From: a virus
IMG/VR virus record: IMGVR_UViG_3300000271_000006
Coordinates: 1-64,000 of that record
Direction: 5' to 3' (one strand)
Length of the DNA: 64,000 bases
The translations under genes and the position numbers were made by a program. The notes below the pieces were generated by a model that had not been told where the DNA came from, did not search any database, and was given only the letters and a program-made list of their open reading frames with translations. Shown here piece by piece: positions 39,089 through 46,919 of this stretch (position 1 is its first letter; the number at the start of each line of letters is the position of its first letter).

Positions 39089-39136
39089 AACTCAACTACA
39101 AGGCGGGTCTCTGTTGCGAGCACCGTTTTGTTCTGC
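39017..39136 (+). repeat. attC-like structured inverted repeat (copy 16)
   Basis: GAGAAC-n8-CTCGCACAGAGACC-[loop with the stop of d8]-GGTCTCTGTTGCGAG-CACCGTTTT-GTTCTGC. 14 bp with one bulge. The arm sequence co-varies relative to other copies. Confidence 0.7.
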
Positions 39137-39168
39137 CTCTTGAAAATCTCCGACAACACCAAGAAACC

Positions 39169-39444
39169 ATGAAAATAAAACAGATTATCGACCGCACGAA
39201 AACCGAATATGAATATTCCGATCCCCACGGATCAGCAACCACAACGCTCGCCGCGCTGAACCTGCTCGCGGAAATCGAGAGGTGGCTATCTGAGGGTGCC
39301 ACGCTAAAGGCCACGAATGCCGATGGATTCGGATTCGAGATATTGGAAGATGGTTCCGTGCGATCTGAAATGACGATCACCGGGGCTAAGGCAGGCGTCA
39401 TCTTGTACCGGCAGAACGTTCCCGATGAGCCACGCGGAAAATGA
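39169..39444 (+). CDS. hypothetical protein (d9)
   Basis: ORF track, 91 aa. It starts 32 nt after repeat 39017..39136. Confidence 0.5.
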   Translation: MKIKQIIDRTKTEYEYSDPHGSATTTLAALNLLAEIERWLSEGATLKATNADGFGFEILEDGSVRSEMTITGAKAGVILYRQNVPDEPRGK

Positions 39445-39500
39445 AGCCTGAACAACACAAGCAGCCGTCGCCCGCGTTGCGCTCTGGCGGGTGGTTGGGG
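39412..39500 (+). repeat. attC-like structured inverted repeat (copy 17)
   Basis: CAGAAC-GTTCCCGAT-GAGCCACGCGG-[loop with ATG 39441]-CCGCGTTGCGCTC-TGGCGGGTG-GTTGGGG. Confidence 0.65.
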
Positions 39501-39641
39501 GCGCCCTCGGCAATCGTCTGCGTGAAGATCGAAGACGACGGCCTTCCTCCGTGCCCTCTCTGCGGAGGACCACTAAAAGACGACTGGCACGGCGTCGCCG
39601 CATGCTTCTGCAACTTCGGCGGGCAACCGCCACGAATTTAA
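39441..39641 (+). CDS. small zinc-ribbon-like protein (d10)
   Basis: ORF track, 66 aa, with CPLC...C.C. The ATG lies in the loop of repeat 39412..39500. Confidence 0.45.
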   Translation: MKPEQHKQPSPALRSGGWLGAPSAIVCVKIEDDGLPPCPLCGGPLKDDWHGVAACFCNFGGQPPRI

Positions 39642-39644
39642 GCC

Positions 39645-39751
39645 CCCAACAGTCGGGATGAGCTAACGGCGCCCCCGACCCCCGACCACAAATGAACTCT
39701 TGCGAAAACCAAGTGAGCCCCGTCGCCGTTAGCTCTGGCCCGTGGTTCGGA
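39645..39751 (+). repeat. attC-like structured inverted repeat (copy 18)
   Basis: CCCAAC-AGTCGGGAT-GAGCTAACGGCG-[loop with ATG 39692]-CGCCGTTAGCTC-TGGCCCGTG-GTTCGGA. Perfect 12-bp stem with a compensatory C>T / G>A change relative to the consensus. Confidence 0.8.
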
Positions 39752-39973
39752 AGTTCAGGACGTGAGAAGCACTGCAAGACCATCGATGCCATCCCGGCGT
39801 GGAAACGCTTCCTGCTTTGCTGGCTATCGTATCGCAAATGGAAGCTGGCTCGCGCCTGCGACCACGCAGCAATCCACGCGCTGAAACGTCTCGACGACTA
39901 CGCGCTATTCGACCGCCTGCTGCGCGTGTCTGACGCCCAATGGGCTGAAATTTTCAATCTTCCGAACAAGTGA
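39692..39973 (+). CDS. hypothetical protein (d11)
   Basis: ORF track, 93 aa. The ATG lies in the loop of repeat 39645..39751. Confidence 0.45.
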   Translation: MNSCENQVSPVAVSSGPWFGSSGREKHCKTIDAIPAWKRFLLCWLSYRKWKLARACDHAAIHALKRLDDYALFDRLLRVSDAQWAEIFNLPNK

Positions 39974-40001
39974 TTCTGGAAAGGCGTCTTCGTATATCAG
40001 C

Positions 40002-40772
40002 ATGAGCGGTAGGCTTCTACTTATCGCCCAATTCTGCCGGGAAGACGCAAAAGAGATGGCGGCGCTTATCCGCCTCATTTGCGATTTGAGAACGGCGAAT
40101 AAGCTCAAGGACAGCGCAGACCTTATCTTTCTACCCAAGCCGGAAGTCAGGCGGTACGACGATAGCCTCTTAACCTACGCCAGAACCGCTTTTAGGCGTG
40201 TTTCCGAGTCGAGGGGTAGTCGCGGCCCCACCGGATGGCCTATGGGGCCTAATGCCCTTGCAATGGACGCTTTTGCGCTCACCCACAAGCTCTGGAAGGC
40301 TGGTCAGTTTGATTTCACGGCCGCAATGCTGGTTGAGGCCGACTGTGTACCCCTCTATCCCGACTTTGTTGAGCGGCTGGCGAGGGACTACGCTGAACGT
40401 AAGCGCCTCGTCACCGGCCATCTCCAATTCAGCCCGCTACCCCATATCAACGGGAACCTCCTCTTCCACCCCATGCTGTTCGACCTAGAGCCTAGTTTGG
40501 CTTTCGGCGAAACCCCCAAAGAGGCATGGGATTTGAAGTTCTGGCCTAAATTGGAGCCCTATTCCGCCCCAACGGACCTGATTCTAAACGACTACCGGCT
40601 CAATACCCACAAGAACCCGTGGAAGGGCTGCGACTACCTCTACAAGCCAAGGCTTTACGAGACCCCCCACCCATTCGCAGGGTCCATGACACGCCAAGTT
40701 TGGCTGCATGGCGTTAAGGGAATGGCGGGGATTGACTGCATCCGCAACCGCTACGGGTTGCAAGGGGCATAA
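40002..40772 (+). CDS. hypothetical protein, possibly glycosyltransferase-related
   Basis: ORF track, 256 aa. The guess rests on position next to the glycosylation cluster only; GWPMGPNA is the sole motif noted. Followed by two hairpins. Confidence 0.55.
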   Translation: MSGRLLLIAQFCREDAKEMAALIRLICDLRTANKLKDSADLIFLPKPEVRRYDDSLLTYARTAFRRVSESRGSRGPTGWPMGPNALAMDAFALTHKLWKAGQFDFTAAMLVEADCVPLYPDFVERLARDYAERKRLVTGHLQFSPLPHINGNLLFHPMLFDLEPSLAFGETPKEAWDLKFWPKLEPYSAPTDLILNDYRLNTHKNPWKGCDYLYKPRLYETPHPFAGSMTRQVWLHGVKGMAGIDCIRNRYGLQGA

Positions 40773-40820
40773 GCAACCCTGATGGGTTGCGCCCGGCGTA
40801 AGGTAAAAACTTTTACCTTA
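40773..40820 (+). terminator. two consecutive hairpins after gene 40002..40772
   Basis: GCAACCC-tgat-GGGTTGC (40773..40790) and TAAGGTAAAA-ac-TTTTACCTTA (40799..40820). Confidence 0.4.
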
Positions 40821-40833
40821 GCTTGCGCAATGT

Positions 40834-40875
40834 CGCATATATCGGTCGTTACTTGACTTAAAGTGCGATATATCG
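40834..40875. promoter_or_regulatory. pair of CGATATATCG-type palindromes flanking a TTGACT box
   Basis: CGCATATATCGG (40834..40845) and GCGATATATCG (40865..40875) flank TTGACT (40853..40858), with gTGCATTAT at 40875..40883. Confidence 0.3.
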
Positions 40876-40964
40876 TGCATTATCCTGCAAGGTTACGCAT
40901 TACGCGCCTCTTTCCGTGGATTATTTGCCATGGCATAAGTTTTTACAAATAGGTCAAATTAGGC

Positions 40965-40993
40965 TTGACCTGCATAAGATTCTCTAATCTAAT
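40965..40993 (+). promoter_or_regulatory. sigma70-like promoter candidate upstream of the capsid gene
   Basis: TTGACC-n17-TCTAAT, about 200 nt upstream of ATG 41198. Confidence 0.4.
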
Positions 40994-41197
40994 AGGGGTG
41001 CGGTAAATTGAGATGGGGCTGTAGGCCGCACTAATCGCCCCAAATCGTAGGCAAGACTCTATTCCGTCGCCGGGAAACCAAAGCGAGGTCCACGAAGGAT
41101 TTCGCGGTAATCCAAACGGTGGCGGAGCCTGCGACCCAAGAAAAGGAAGCGGAGGAAGCTACCGAACAGCAAGGTAACTTCAAATTCTACTTCCTAA

Positions 41198-42442
41198 ATG
41201 GCTACGACTATCCCTGTTGATTGCGATCTTGATCCCGGTGAGGTTTCAAACGTAATCGCCTCTCAGGTTGCCCAGCTCAAGAACGATATGGTTCGCTTCA
41301 ATGCGCTTAACGCGCCCTACGCGAACATGATCGACGGCGGGACGACCCCCAACAACAACGGCACCGAGATCAAGACTCTCGTCACGTCCCGCATGGTGAC
41401 TGGCCAGAGCCTTACCCGTCCGGTGTTCGTGGACACGATTGACGCCTGCGGCACCAAGGGTCCGAAGGCCGAACCGAATCAGACCCTGTTTACGACCAAG
41501 CTCCAGACCCTTCGCGGTCTCGGCCCGGTCATCTGCGTTAAGCAGGCCATGTACTCGGTTATCGAGTCCTACTCCATCGTTGAGCAGAACCTCAAGGATG
41601 CGATCAAGGCTCTGTACGATGCCGACATCCGTAACAACATGCTCACGCTTTCGGGCGTCAAGGCGGTTCTTACGAGTGGCGCGACCCACCTCGGGCAGGT
41701 GCTAACGGGCGGCTACAACAGCCTCTCGGCCCCCTTCCTTGGCGGTGCCCCCTCGGCTCCGATCAGCCAGAAGTTCCTCGTGGCACTGTCCCACTACATG
41801 CGCGACCAGCTCTCGCCGGAGTTCTTCGGTGACGGCGCTGGCCAGCATTTCGTGTACGTCGGTTCCTCGGAATCGGTTGAGAAGCTCCGCAATGAAGCTG
41901 GTCTCAAGACCGAGACTCTGGCCTTCGTGCAGGGTTCGGATGCCCAGGCCAAGGAGGCCCTCCGTCGGTACGCCTTCATCGACTACCCGTATCGCGGTAT
42001 CAAGCTGGCCATCGACCAGCAGCCCCTCCGCTTTGACGACGTTGACGGCAACGGCTTCCCGCAGTTCTACGAGCCCCTGATCCCGACCGCTACGGATTAC
42101 GGTGACGAGAACGCGGTCAATCCGGCGTGGGTTTCGGCCCGCTACGAAGTCGGCTTCCTCGTCTCCAAGGGCACCTTCAAGCGCCTTGTGCCGGAGAAGT
42201 ACACGGGTGAGGATTCCTTCCGCTGGCCGGCTCAGTTCGCGATGGGCGAACTCAAGTGGAAGCTCGGTGGCAACGACTGCGACATCTGGGAGGACTATGG
42301 CTACCATATGTACCAGATCGAGCGTGCGTTTCAGGCCAAGCGCCCCCACGGCGTCATCCCGATCCTCATGCAGCGCTGCCAGCAGGACCTCGGCCTGACC
42401 TCCGAGGGCTGCACCCCGCTGGTGACGGACGAGGAGACCTAA
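41198..42442 (+). CDS. putative major capsid protein
   Basis: ORF track, 414 aa. Its own promoter-like element and a ~200-nt leader lie upstream, and a strong hairpin with a T-run lies downstream. Position and size are typical. No fold evidence is available by eye. Confidence 0.6.
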   Translation: MATTIPVDCDLDPGEVSNVIASQVAQLKNDMVRFNALNAPYANMIDGGTTPNNNGTEIKTLVTSRMVTGQSLTRPVFVDTIDACGTKGPKAEPNQTLFTTKLQTLRGLGPVICVKQAMYSVIESYSIVEQNLKDAIKALYDADIRNNMLTLSGVKAVLTSGATHLGQVLTGGYNSLSAPFLGGAPSAPISQKFLVALSHYMRDQLSPEFFGDGAGQHFVYVGSSESVEKLRNEAGLKTETLAFVQGSDAQAKEALRRYAFIDYPYRGIKLAIDQQPLRFDDVDGNGFPQFYEPLIPTATDYGDENAVNPAWVSARYEVGFLVSKGTFKRLVPEKYTGEDSFRWPAQFAMGELKWKLGGNDCDIWEDYGYHMYQIERAFQAKRPHGVIPILMQRCQQDLGLTSEGCTPLVTDEET

Positions 42443-42457
42443 TCGGCTTAGTTCTTC

Positions 42458-42485
42458 GAGCCCCTGAGTAATCGGGGGCTCTTTA
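42458..42485 (+). terminator. intrinsic terminator/attenuator after the capsid gene
   Basis: GAGCCCC-tgagtaatcg-GGGGCTC followed by TTTAG, 16 nt after the stop. Confidence 0.5.
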
Positions 42486-42490
42486 GAGCT

Positions 42491-42673
42491 ATGATGATGC
42501 TCCCCTCAGTCAATGACTCCAATCAGAACCTTTGGTTCAAGGTCGCGTACAATTGGTACGAATGGGCGGTTAGCTACGGAATCACCGGACTTCGTCCGCC
42601 GCGCTTTGACGATACCGAGTCCGAACTGATGAAGAAAGCGGCCTACTACACGGCCCGCATGGCAGACTTGTAA
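42491..42673 (+). CDS. hypothetical protein
   Basis: ORF track, 60 aa. Confidence 0.45.
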   Translation: MMMLPSVNDSNQNLWFKVAYNWYEWAVSYGITGLRPPRFDDTESELMKKAAYYTARMADL

Positions 42674-42715
42674 GATACCCTGACCGAACTCCCCAAAACT
42701 CCGAAGTGAAAACCT

Positions 42716-44662
42716 ATGGCAGTCCAATATCCTAGCCCGAACGACGGGCCGGCCGATCTTCTCAAGAAGCTCGTTTACAATGCTGCCGAAGGCGGCACAG
42801 GTGGTGGAGGTGGTACGCAGGGAGCACAGGGAGTTCAGGGACCGCAAGGCGATGCAGGAGGCCCGCAAGGGGCACAAGGAGCGCAAGGTGCTCAGGGTTC
42901 GGTAGGCCCACAGGGCGCAACGGGTTCTGGGGCACAGGGCGCTCAGGGTGCAACCGGCGCACAGGGAAGTCAAGGAGCCCAAGGAGCACAGGGCTCGGGG
43001 TCCCAGGGTGCCCAAGGACCACAGGGAGCCGCAAGTGATGCGACGCTGGCCGCAAACCAGACATGGACTGGCAGCAATACGTTCAGCATCAGTCCCCGCA
43101 TAGTCCGGTACAGCCTTGGCTCAGGAACAGCCCTTACGCTTGGGCTCCACTACTACGCCAGCCTTTCGGCCAACCGGACGCTTACCTTTAGCGGAACGCC
43201 GGCAGAGGGGTCTACTACCAGCGTTGTCATTACGACCACGGCCGCAATCACCCTTACGTTCCCGAGTTCCAAGCGGAGCGGCTCGTCTTCAACGCCGATT
43301 ACCTCGATTGCGCTTGAGGGCGCGCAAATCTATACGTTCCTCTGGACCTATGCTGGCGGAGAGTGGGTGCTTGCGGATTCGGTTGGCATTGATGATCCGC
43401 TGGCAACGACAGAGGAAATGGAGTTGCGCACAGAGACGGACCCCCGCCGCATGAGCCCCGCCAACGTTGGCACGGCGATTGATGGGGCATTGCTTGAGGT
43501 TATTTCCACCGACGGCACCTTGGGTGACAACAGCGACAATGTGGTGCCTAGCGAGAAGGCCGTCAAGGCCTACGTTGACAACAACTCTGGCAGTGTGCCT
43601 GACGCGATGTACGTCTTGCGCGAAACCGCAGACCTAGGTACTTTGCCTGCCGGCTGGTATGTAGCCGACGGCACCGAGGGGACCGTTGACCTTTCGCTTG
43701 AGGCGCCCGCTGGCATGACATGGGTGAAGCGCACGCAGGGCCTTGCACCGACAGTCGTGAGCGCGAAAATCTTGGCGGACGGCGAAACGCTTGAGGTGGT
43801 CTTTGACAAGGCCGTCACGGGTAATGGAAGCGGCTTCACGCTAACCCCGAGCGGTGGCGCAGCCGGCCTGAGCTACCTGTCAGGTGATACTACCGCGACG
43901 TGGCGCTGGACCATTGATCGCCCGATTATCGACACCGAGACCGCGACGTTGGGCTACAATGCGGGTGTAGGCAACATGGCTGCGGTCAACAACAGCGTTG
44001 CTCTTGCGACCTTCTCTGGCGAGTCGGTCACGAACAACTCGGCCGAAAGCGGCATCACGTACCTCGTCAACCAGCGCTTCGAGGGTGCTGGGTATGACAA
44101 CGGTGAGACGTGGACCACGTCCGTTGGTACGCCTGACCCCGACTATACTACGACGGTGCTGGATGGCTCGCAGTCGCTCTTCCTCAACCTTGCAACTGGT
44201 ACGCCGGCGCGAATCCGGCTGGACTTCCTCAACCAAGACACGGTCTATTTCTACTGCCTGTTCCGGCTAGTCGGAAGCGCGCCCGGCGGAAACCGCGACA
44301 TCGTTGCGTTCGGTCCGAACGGAAGTGCCGACCAAGACCTGCGCATCGTCGTAACCTCGGCGGGAAGGCTATCGACGCATATCACCGGAGTTAGCCCGGC
44401 AGATGCCCTGAGCTTTGGCACGACCTACCACCTCTGGGCGCGCTACTCGAAGGGGACCGGCTCAGACGCGGTCGTGGAGGTCGCATACTCGACCGACGGC
44501 ACCAAGCCGACTTCCGGCACCAAGTACGCGACGGCGACGAATCTCGCGCACACGGCTCAAGCGGGCCGCGTTTGGCTCGGTTTCAACGCAACCGGAAACT
44601 ACGACGTGATCTTTGATAAGGTTTTGGTGGCGGCGACGGAGATTGGCAGCAACCCGACCTAA
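42716..44662 (+). CDS. collagen-like repeat tail fibre protein
   Basis: ORF track, 648 aa. Gly-X-Y tract over about nt 42794..43027 ([23 protein letters not shown]...). Fibre motif NVVPSEKAVKAYVD. Large beta-rich C-terminal domain. Confidence 0.8.
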   Translation: MAVQYPSPNDGPADLLKKLVYNAAEGGTGGGGGTQGAQGVQGPQGDAGGPQGAQGAQGAQGSVGPQGATGSGAQGAQGATGAQGSQGAQGAQGSGSQGAQGPQGAASDATLAANQTWTGSNTFSISPRIVRYSLGSGTALTLGLHYYASLSANRTLTFSGTPAEGSTTSVVITTTAAITLTFPSSKRSGSSSTPITSIALEGAQIYTFLWTYAGGEWVLADSVGIDDPLATTEEMELRTETDPRRMSPANVGTAIDGALLEVISTDGTLGDNSDNVVPSEKAVKAYVDNNSGSVPDAMYVLRETADLGTLPAGWYVADGTEGTVDLSLEAPAGMTWVKRTQGLAPTVVSAKILADGETLEVVFDKAVTGNGSGFTLTPSGGAAGLSYLSGDTTATWRWTIDRPIIDTETATLGYNAGVGNMAAVNNSVALATFSGESVTNNSAESGITYLVNQRFEGAGYDNGETWTTSVGTPDPDYTTTVLDGSQSLFLNLATGTPARIRLDFLNQDTVYFYCLFRLVGSAPGGNRDIVAFGPNGSADQDLRIVVTSAGRLSTHITGVSPADALSFGTTYHLWARYSKGTGSDAVVEVAYSTDGTKPTSGTKYATATNLAHTAQAGRVWLGFNATGNYDVIFDKVLVAATEIGSNPT

Positions 44663-46344
44663 TGGCGACGATTGTAGCAGACTCCGCAGGGTTTGACGAC
44701 GTGCAGGCGGCATACCTCGCTGCCGCGCCGGGCGATACCGTGAAAATTCCCGCAGGCGATGTGACGTGGGGCGCGTCTCTTAGCATCACGAAGCTTGTCA
44801 CACTTCAAGGGGCAGGTGTCGGTAACACGATCATCCGGCGCACTGGCACGTCCATGATCGGCGGCAGCTACAACGTGGTCTATCACGTGGACGGGCTGGA
44901 GCTACGCCTCACCCACACGAACAATTCGGCCAATATCCTCTTTCTATCTGGTCGAGGTCACAAGATTTCTAACTGTAAATTCGTCGGAGAGACATCCAAG
45001 GTCGTTGGAACAATCTGGCGGGGAGGCACGCTGTGCCCGCATCCCAGCGGAGTCGTCTGGAACTGTACATATGAGAGCGCCCGAGTCATGGTGCAAGGTG
45101 ACTCTGCAAGTACACCCGGTTACGTTTACGGTCGGCGGATTTGGGCAGACCTCGACGACGTAGTCTCGTGGGGCATGGAGCATACGGTGTTCATTGAGGA
45201 CTGCATTTTCGACGCGACTGCAACGACCGGGAACATCACCGACGCTGAGATCGGCGGGCACTACGTGATCCGTTACTGCGACATCACTGGCGGCGGCGTC
45301 TTCGTGCACGGCATATCGAGCAATGGAGAGCGGGGTACCCGACAGATCGAGGTGTACGGCAATACCATGCACTACGAAGGAACGGGTGCTCAAGACCCGC
45401 CGATCCGCGTGCGCGGTGGAACGGCTTTGATTTGGGGAAACACGATCACGGGTGGGTGGACCAACTGGTCGACCGCGACGATCATGCTGGACAACGAGCT
45501 TCAGCGGTTCGGCAACGACATTGGCGACGGCAACGAGCCGGTGGAGAACGGCACAGGCTCTCACACGGGCGGCACGTCGTCCACGGTATTGACGGACTCC
45601 GGCAAGAGCTGGACGCCGTCTGCCTTTGTCGGATGGACTGTTTACAACCTGACCGACGGAAGCCTTGGCACGATCACGGCGAACACCGCGACGACCGTTA
45701 CCGTCTCCGCACTTTCCGGCGGCTCCGATAACCAATGGGAGTCCGGCGACTCCTACAAGGTGACATCCGGCTACCCAACCCGCGACCAAGTCGGCCGCGG
45801 AAAGGACGCCGAGTTCTGGGTGCTTGACACCCCCGGCCCGGCACAGGAACTCGTACCGGTTTACCAGTGGAACAACACGCGGAACGGCTTTGCCCTCACG
45901 CCTTCGGACGTGGTGGTTGCGAATAACTCTGGCGGATGGATTCAGCTTAACCGCGACTACTACAACGCCGAGTTCACCTACACCCCCTACCCATATCCGC
46001 ACCCCCTGCGCGGCACCGCAGCCGCCCCCGTCGTCACCAGCAACCCCACCAGCGCAACCCGCGACGTAGGCCAGTCGGTGACGTTCAGCATCACCGCATC
46101 TGGCAACCCAACCCCGACCTATCAATGGCGGAAGGCGGGTGTTAACATCAGCGGCGCGACCTCATCCAGCTACACTATCGCCTCCGTCCAGCTCTCCGAC
46201 GCGGCGGACTACGACTGCGTTGTGGCCAACTCCGAAGGAGCCGACACGAGCGGCGTTGCGACACTCACGGTCAATAGCCCTTCTGCTGGCGTAACCGGCC
46301 CCGGAGGGCGCGGCGGAAGACGCGCCATTGCATCAATGGTATGA
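44662..46344 (+). CDS. beta-helix tailspike/depolymerase-like protein with C-terminal Ig (I-set) domain
   Basis: ORF track, 560 aa. N-terminal pectate-lyase-like pattern (TVKIPAGDVTWGASLSITKLVTLQGAGVGNTII). C-terminal SVTFSITASGNPTPTYQWRKAGVNISGATSSSYTIASVQLSDAADYDCVVANSEG. Confidence 0.7.
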   Translation: MATIVADSAGFDDVQAAYLAAAPGDTVKIPAGDVTWGASLSITKLVTLQGAGVGNTIIRRTGTSMIGGSYNVVYHVDGLELRLTHTNNSANILFLSGRGHKISNCKFVGETSKVVGTIWRGGTLCPHPSGVVWNCTYESARVMVQGDSASTPGYVYGRRIWADLDDVVSWGMEHTVFIEDCIFDATATTGNITDAEIGGHYVIRYCDITGGGVFVHGISSNGERGTRQIEVYGNTMHYEGTGAQDPPIRVRGGTALIWGNTITGGWTNWSTATIMLDNELQRFGNDIGDGNEPVENGTGSHTGGTSSTVLTDSGKSWTPSAFVGWTVYNLTDGSLGTITANTATTVTVSALSGGSDNQWESGDSYKVTSGYPTRDQVGRGKDAEFWVLDTPGPAQELVPVYQWNNTRNGFALTPSDVVVANNSGGWIQLNRDYYNAEFTYTPYPYPHPLRGTAAAPVVTSNPTSATRDVGQSVTFSITASGNPTPTYQWRKAGVNISGATSSSYTIASVQLSDAADYDCVVANSEGADTSGVATLTVNSPSAGVTGPGGRGGRRAIASMV

Positions 46345-46919
46345 AGCTAATCGCGGCAATACTCGTTTCCTTGGCTTTTACGGGCTGCAACTTACTTCCG
46401 AAGGCCAAGGTGGGAAGCGCCTCGGTAACGGGCATTAAAGACCAAGGAACAGCCGCTACGATTGATTCCGGCAAGGCAGGTGAGTCCTTTGAGGTTCCGG
46501 CCAACTCAACCTACACAATCACCAAGGTTGATCCGGGCTTGGATATGCCGGCAACGGTTGTGGAGTCATGGACCTTCGCCGGCCCAACCAAGTTTGTCAG
46601 AACAAGCGAAACGACCAAGGCCTCTACGGGAGCGGTTGACCAATCCGTTGCCAAGGCCCGAATCGTTGAGGAGAGCCGGCGCTATCTTGTTTGGGCAGGC
46701 ATTGGCCTTATTGCCATCGGCGCAATCCTCGCCTTCAACCCGCTGGCCCGCTACCCACTTGGGGGAATCGGCCTCGGCGGAACCGGAGGATTACTCCTTT
46801 TCGCCCACCAAAACCCAACCCTTTTCTACGTTGCTATTGGGGTAGGGGCTTTGGCGGTAGGCATCATCTTCGGCGGAGAGATCATGGAGAAACTGAAAAA
46901 GAAGGGGGATGATACCTAA
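46341..46919 (+). CDS. lipoprotein-signal protein with C-terminal TM segments (unimolecular-spanin-like topology)
   Basis: ORF track, 192 aa. MKLIAAILVSLAFTGC lipobox. The C-terminal third is hydrophobic (WAGIGLIAIGAILAF..., VAIGVGALAVGIIFGG). Confidence 0.6.
   Translation: MKLIAAILVSLAFTGCNLLPKAKVGSASVTGIKDQGTAATIDSGKAGESFEVPANSTYTITKVDPGLDMPATVVESWTFAGPTKFVRTSETTKASTGAVDQSVAKARIVEESRRYLVWAGIGLIAIGAILAFNPLARYPLGGIGLGGTGGLLLFAHQNPTLFYVAIGVGALAVGIIFGGEIMEKLKKKGDDT

Noticed and set aside
36721-39973. CRISPR array interpretation of the repeated elements
   Set aside because: The repeats are 55-131 nt imperfect palindromes with variable interiors, irregular spacing of 0.2-0.6 kb, and protein-coding spacers. 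There are no short identical direct repeats and no cas genes.
44944-46125. 393-aa minus-strand ORF, and similar cases at 49041..50021, 41702..42349, 29512..30282, 28587..29210, 60440..61192 and 63015..63689
   Set aside because: All are antisense to longer plus-strand genes with better composition and operon context. They are Arg/Gly/Val-rich or Ser-rich mirror images of Glu-rich genes.
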